Shown here: one piece after another, positions 43,046 through 46,619 of the stretch | Numbering within the stretch: the stretch's first letter is position 1 | How the letters are laid out: the number at the start of each line of letters is the position of its first letter | Origin: Gemmatimonadota bacterium | GTDB taxonomy: Bacteria; Gemmatimonadota; Gemmatimonadetes; Gemmatimonadales; Gemmatimonadaceae | Assembly (NCBI GenBank): GCA_031372565.1 | Contig: JANMLN010000034.1 | Span: 1 to 46,619, forward strand | Length of the DNA stretch: 46,619 bases | Reading direction: 5' to 3' | The notes under the pieces: model-generated | What the model was told of the DNA's origin: nothing | The model's database searches: none | Seen by the model: the letters and a program-made list of their open reading frames with translations, nothing else | Position numbers and translations under genes: made by a program

Positions 43046-43851
43046 GCACCCCCCCAAGTCGTTCTGAGCGCAGCGAAGAACCTGCTTCTTCTCTTCCGCC
43101 CCAGCGCAGCGAAGAACCCGCTTCTGCCGTTCAGCCCCAGCCCACCACCGAAGCCACGCCTCCCCCGCGCCGCATCGCCATCATCGGCGACGGACGCATG
43201 GGACGCGCGGCCGCCGACCTTGCGACCGCGCGCGGCTGGACGATCACCGCGCAGCTCTCGCGCCTCGACAACCCGCACGGAGCCGGCATCACGCGTGCAC
43301 GTCTGGACCATCCGGACGCGATCGTCGAGTTTACCGAGCCGTCGTCCGCCGTGCCGAACATGCTCGCCGCCATCGCGGCCGGCATTCCCATCGTCTGCGG
43401 CACCTCCGGCTGGTACGACGCACTGCCCGCCGTGCGCGCCGCGGTCGCCTCCGCGAACGGCAGCCTGTTCTGGGCGGCGAACTTTTCCGTCGGCGCCAGT
43501 CTCCTCAGCGCCATCGCGCGCGAGGCCGGCCGCCGACTGCGTGACCATCCCGGCTTCGCCACGCACATCGTCGACGTGCATCATGCGCTCAAGCGGGACG
43601 CGCCCAGCGGCACGGCCATCGTACTCGAACAGAGCCTGCGCGACGGGCTCGGCAAGCCGACGCCGATCTCGAGCATTCGCGTCGGCGCCGTGCCTGGCGA
43701 GCACACCGTGATCATCGACGGCGCGTTCGAGCAGCTCACCCTGCGCCACGAGGCCCGCGACCGCCGCGTCTTCGCGGAGGGCGCACTCATTGCTGCCGAC
43801 TGGTTGGTCGGCCGCACGGGCGTGTACACCATGACAGACCTGCTCCCATGA
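43042..43851 (+). CDS. dapB: 4-hydroxy-tetrahydrodipicolinate reductase with a ~42-aa N-terminal extension
   Basis: IIGDGRMG, EFT, VCGTSG, NFSVG, HHALKRDAPSGTA, FAEGA. Confidence 0.93.
   Translation: MSTPPSRSERSEEPASSLPPQRSEEPASAVQPQPTTEATPPPRRIAIIGDGRMGRAAADLATARGWTITAQLSRLDNPHGAGITRARLDHPDAIVEFTEPSSAVPNMLAAIAAGIPIVCGTSGWYDALPAVRAAVASANGSLFWAANFSVGASLLSAIAREAGRRLRDHPGFATHIVDVHHALKRDAPSGTAIVLEQSLRDGLGKPTPISSIRVGAVPGEHTVIIDGAFEQLTLRHEARDRRVFAEGALIAADWLVGRTGVYTMTDLLP
43058..43125 (+). repeat. REP-like repeat, one full and one partial copy, inside dapB
   Basis: 43058-43089 GTCGTTCTGAGCGCAGCGAAGAACCTGCTTCT and 43103-43125 AGCGCAGCGAAGAACCCGCTTCT. Confidence 0.8.
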
Positions 43852-44735
43852 CGCCACCACTTCGCGGCTGCGGCACCGCGCTCGTCACCCCGTTCACGCC
43901 GACCGGCGACCTGGACGAAGCCGCGCTGCGTGGTCTCGTCGAGTGGCAGGTGACCGAGGGGATCCATTTCCTCGTCCCGTGCGGATCGACGGGCGAGGCC
44001 GTGACGCTCACGCCCGACGAGCACCGTCGCGTCGTCGAGATCACCGTCGATCAGGTGCGTGGGCGCGTACCGGTCGTCGCGGGGGCCGGCTCGAACGACA
44101 CGCGACGCGCCATTGCCAACTCGCAGATGATGCGCCAGGCGGGTGCCACGCACCTGCTGCACGTCTCCCCGATGTACAACAAGCCACCGCAGCGGGGGAT
44201 CGTGGCGCACTTCTCCGCCATTGCGGCCGACGCCGGGCTGCCGATCGTCTTGTACAACGTGCCCGGACGGACCGGCAGCAATATCGAGGCGCGCACAACG
44301 CTTGCGCTCGCCCAGGTGCCCGGCATCGTCGCCATCAAGGAGGCGTCGGGCAATCTGTCGCAGGTCCACGAGATCCTGTTGCACCGCCCAGCTGGCTTCA
44401 CGGTCCTGAGCGGCGACGATTCCCTCACGCTGGCGATGATGGCGGCGGGCGCCGACGGGCTCATTTCGGTGACGTCGAACGCGACGCCCAAGGCGATGGC
44501 CGCCCTCTGCGAACACATCGCCGCTGGTGATCTCGCTGCTGCCCGCACGCTCCACCACGCGCTGCTTCCGTGGATGGAGGCTGCCTTCTGTGAGCCCAAC
44601 CCGATGCCCGCCAAGGCCGCCCTCGCGATGCTCGGCAAGATCCAGAACGTGTTGCGCCTCCCGCTCGTGCCGTTGGCCGACGACAAGGTGGCCCTCGTTC
44701 GCGCGGCCCTCGTGGCCGCGGGGAGCCCCGCATGA
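43848..44735 (+). CDS. dapA: 4-hydroxy-tetrahydrodipicolinate synthase
   Basis: TALVTPF, GSTGE, AGAGSNDT, YNKP, LYNVPGRT, AIKEASG, LSGDD, PNPMPAK. Confidence 0.97.
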   Translation: MTPPLRGCGTALVTPFTPTGDLDEAALRGLVEWQVTEGIHFLVPCGSTGEAVTLTPDEHRRVVEITVDQVRGRVPVVAGAGSNDTRRAIANSQMMRQAGATHLLHVSPMYNKPPQRGIVAHFSAIAADAGLPIVLYNVPGRTGSNIEARTTLALAQVPGIVAIKEASGNLSQVHEILLHRPAGFTVLSGDDSLTLAMMAAGADGLISVTSNATPKAMAALCEHIAAGDLAAARTLHHALLPWMEAAFCEPNPMPAKAALAMLGKIQNVLRLPLVPLADDKVALVRAALVAAGSPA

Positions 44736-45583
44736 CGCTCGCCGACCGGATCGAGGCGCTCGCGGCAACGCCGGCCGGGACTCCGCTCGCCGCAGATGCC
44801 GAAGCGACCGTCGCCGAACTGCTTGAGCAACTCGAAGCCGGCACGATTCGCGCTGCGCAACAGGATGCGCAGGGCGTCTGGCACGCGGTCCCCTGGGTGA
44901 AGCGCGGCATTCTCGTCGGCTTCCGTGCCGGTCGCATCGTCGACCTGTCGCCACGCCGCGAGAACGCGTCGTCGCCGTTCTCGTTCTTCGACAAGCACAC
45001 GATTCCGACACGACAGTTCACCCTGGCCGACAACGTGCGCATGGTGCCGGGCGGTTCGACCGTGCGCCGAGGTGCCTTCGTGGCCCCGGGCGTCGTCTGC
45101 ATGCCGCCCATGTTCATCAACGTGGGCGCGTACGTTGGCGCCGGGACGATGGTCGACTCGCACGCGCTGGTGGGTTCCTGCGCGCAGGTCGGCGAGCGGG
45201 TGCACCTCTCGGCGGCCGCCCAGATCGGGGGCGTGCTTGAACCCGTGAACGCATCGCCCGTGATCATCGAGGACGACGCGATCGTCGGCGGCAACTGCGG
45301 CGTCTACGAGGGCACCGTCGTTCGAGCGCGTGCCGTGCTGGCCGCGGGCGTGGTGCTCACGCGGGGCACGCCCGTGTACGACCTCGTGCGCGAGACGGTG
45401 CACCGCGCATCCGCCGACCGCCCGTTGGAGATTCCGGCGGGGGCAGTGGTCGTCCCGGGGGCACGCGCAGTAAAGTCCGCATGGGGCACGGGGGAGGGGC
45501 TTTCCGTGCAGACGCCTGTTATCGTCAAGTACCGCGACGACAAGACTGACCTCGCAACCGCATTGGAAACATGGCTCCGCTGA
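44732..45583 (+). CDS. dapD: Tetrahydrodipicolinate N-succinyltransferase
   Basis: WVKRGIL, FFDK, RMVPGG, MPPMFINVGAYV, VGSCAQVG, IGGVLEP, IVKYRD. Confidence 0.96.
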   Translation: MTLADRIEALAATPAGTPLAADAEATVAELLEQLEAGTIRAAQQDAQGVWHAVPWVKRGILVGFRAGRIVDLSPRRENASSPFSFFDKHTIPTRQFTLADNVRMVPGGSTVRRGAFVAPGVVCMPPMFINVGAYVGAGTMVDSHALVGSCAQVGERVHLSAAAQIGGVLEPVNASPVIIEDDAIVGGNCGVYEGTVVRARAVLAAGVVLTRGTPVYDLVRETVHRASADRPLEIPAGAVVVPGARAVKSAWGTGEGLSVQTPVIVKYRDDKTDLATALETWLR

Positions 45584-46619
45584 CTCCGCGCTCCGCCGCC
45601 GTGATGGGCCTCGGCACCATCGGTGGCTCTCTCGCCCTCGCTCTCATGCGCGCCGGATGGACGGTGCGCGGCGATGCCATCAACGCCCGCGATCGTGTGG
45701 CCGCCTACCGACGCGGCATCCACATCGCACCGGGCGCTGGCAAGACGCGCATCGAGAACCTCGTGAAGGGGGTCGAGGCGGTCGTCATCTGCGTGCCCCC
45801 CGGTGAACTCGCAAGCGTCGCGGCCGAGATCGCGGCGATCGTGCCAGCCTCCGTGCCGATCTTCCACACCTGCTCCCTGCAAGCGGCCAAGCCACTCGGC
45901 CTCTCGAACGCGCTCGCGGCACGGCTCACGGCCACGCACCCGCTGGCCGGCTCGGCGGGCCATGGCTTTGCGGCCGCACGCGAAGACCTCTTTGCGAACT
46001 GCCTCGTGAGCGTGGCGGTCCCGGCGACGCTCGCCGCCCGACGCGCGGCGGTTGCGCTCTGGAAAGCCGTGGGTGCACGCGAGATCACGAGCTGCCCCGC
46101 CGATCAGCATGATGCGCGCATGCGGTGGGTGAGCCATCTGCCGCAGCTGGCCGCGACGGCACTCGCCGCAGCGTTGTCCGACGCGGGGGTTCCCGCCAGT
46201 GCGATGGGGCCCGGTGGCCGCGACACGACGCGCCTCGCGCGCAGCCCGTGGCGGCTCTGGCATGCGTTGCTGGCCATGTCGCCCTCGGCCAGCGCGTATC
46301 CGATTCGGCTGCTCGAAGCCGAGTTGGCCGCCATGCGCACCGCGCTCGAAGCGGGTGACCTCGACCGCCTCGGCGCCACCTGGCGGCGCGCGTCCGCGTG
46401 GCGCGCGGGCGAGATCACCGGTACGCAGGTGGAACTCGGGCCCGTGAAGGAGATTCGCGGACGCCGGACGTCGACGGTCAAGGCGAAGTCGAAGCCCAAG
46501 GCGAAGTCGAAGCCCAAAGCGACCGCAAAGTCGAAGACGAAGGCCAGCCGTCCAAAGCTGAAGTCGCGTCCAGCCTCCAAGGCCACCAAGCGTCCGGCAC
46601 GCGCCAAGGCGGCGGGCCG
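45571..46619 (+). CDS. tyrA: Prephenate/arogenate dehydrogenase-like protein with Lys-rich tail; 3' end runs off the window (absent from the ORF track)
   Basis: Translated by hand: VMGLGTIGGSLA, THPLAG, EDLF, HDARMRWVSHLPQL, GPGGRDTTRLARS; no stop codon up to 46619. Confidence 0.82.
   Translation, partial: MAPLTPRSAAVMGLGTIGGSLALALMRAGWTVRGDAINARDRVAAYRRGIHIAPGAGKTRIENLVKGVEAVVICVPPGELASVAAEIAAIVPASVPIFHTCSLQAAKPLGLSNALAARLTATHPLAGSAGHGFAAAREDLFANCLVSVAVPATLAARRAAVALWKAVGAREITSCPADQHDARMRWVSHLPQLAATALAAALSDAGVPASAMGPGGRDTTRLARSPWRLWHALLAMSPSASAYPIRLLEAELAAMRTALEAGDLDRLGATWRRASAWRAGEITGTQVELGPVKEIRGRRTSTVKAKSKPKAKSKPKATAKSKTKASRPKLKSRPASKATKRPARAKAAG
46480..46515 (+). repeat. Perfect 18-nt tandem duplication (KAKSKP x2)
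   Basis: AAGGCGAAGTCGAAGCCC at 46480 and 46498. Confidence 0.9.

Noticed and set aside
43058..43125. CRISPR mini-array
   Set aside because: Only one full and one partial copy with a 13-nt gap, inside a CDS, and no cas genes.

Overview
A high-GC bacterial chromosomal segment. Gene content and kinase style suggest Gemmatimonadota (inference). It opens with housekeeping blocks: infC(ATT start)-rpmI-rplT-pheS-pheT-zapB-like-zapA, then rny-folD-xseA-xseB-ispA-dxs-nadK-recN. A coiled-coil membrane protein and a Ser/Thr kinase-FGE-hydrolase fusion sit between zapA and rny. The middle holds envelope genes, a GH125-like gene, tRNA-Gly(GCC), tRNA-Leu(TAA), four minor type IV pilins and a KirBac channel. 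The standout is an adjacent pair encoding full-length trifunctional propionyl-CoA synthase (pcs, 1827 aa) and bifunctional malonyl-CoA reductase (mcr, 1242 aa), the two hallmark enzymes of the Chloroflexus 3-hydroxypropionate bi-cycle. Convergent on them are a TsdA-type diheme cytochrome c, a Tat-exported DsrE-like protein and an unannotated 57-aa ORF. The window ends with a translationally coupled DAP/lysine operon, whose dapB carries a REP-like repeat read in frame, and a truncated tyrA-like gene with a Lys-rich tail. No CRISPR array, integrase or transposase was seen. All family assignments come from motif recognition; no searches were run.
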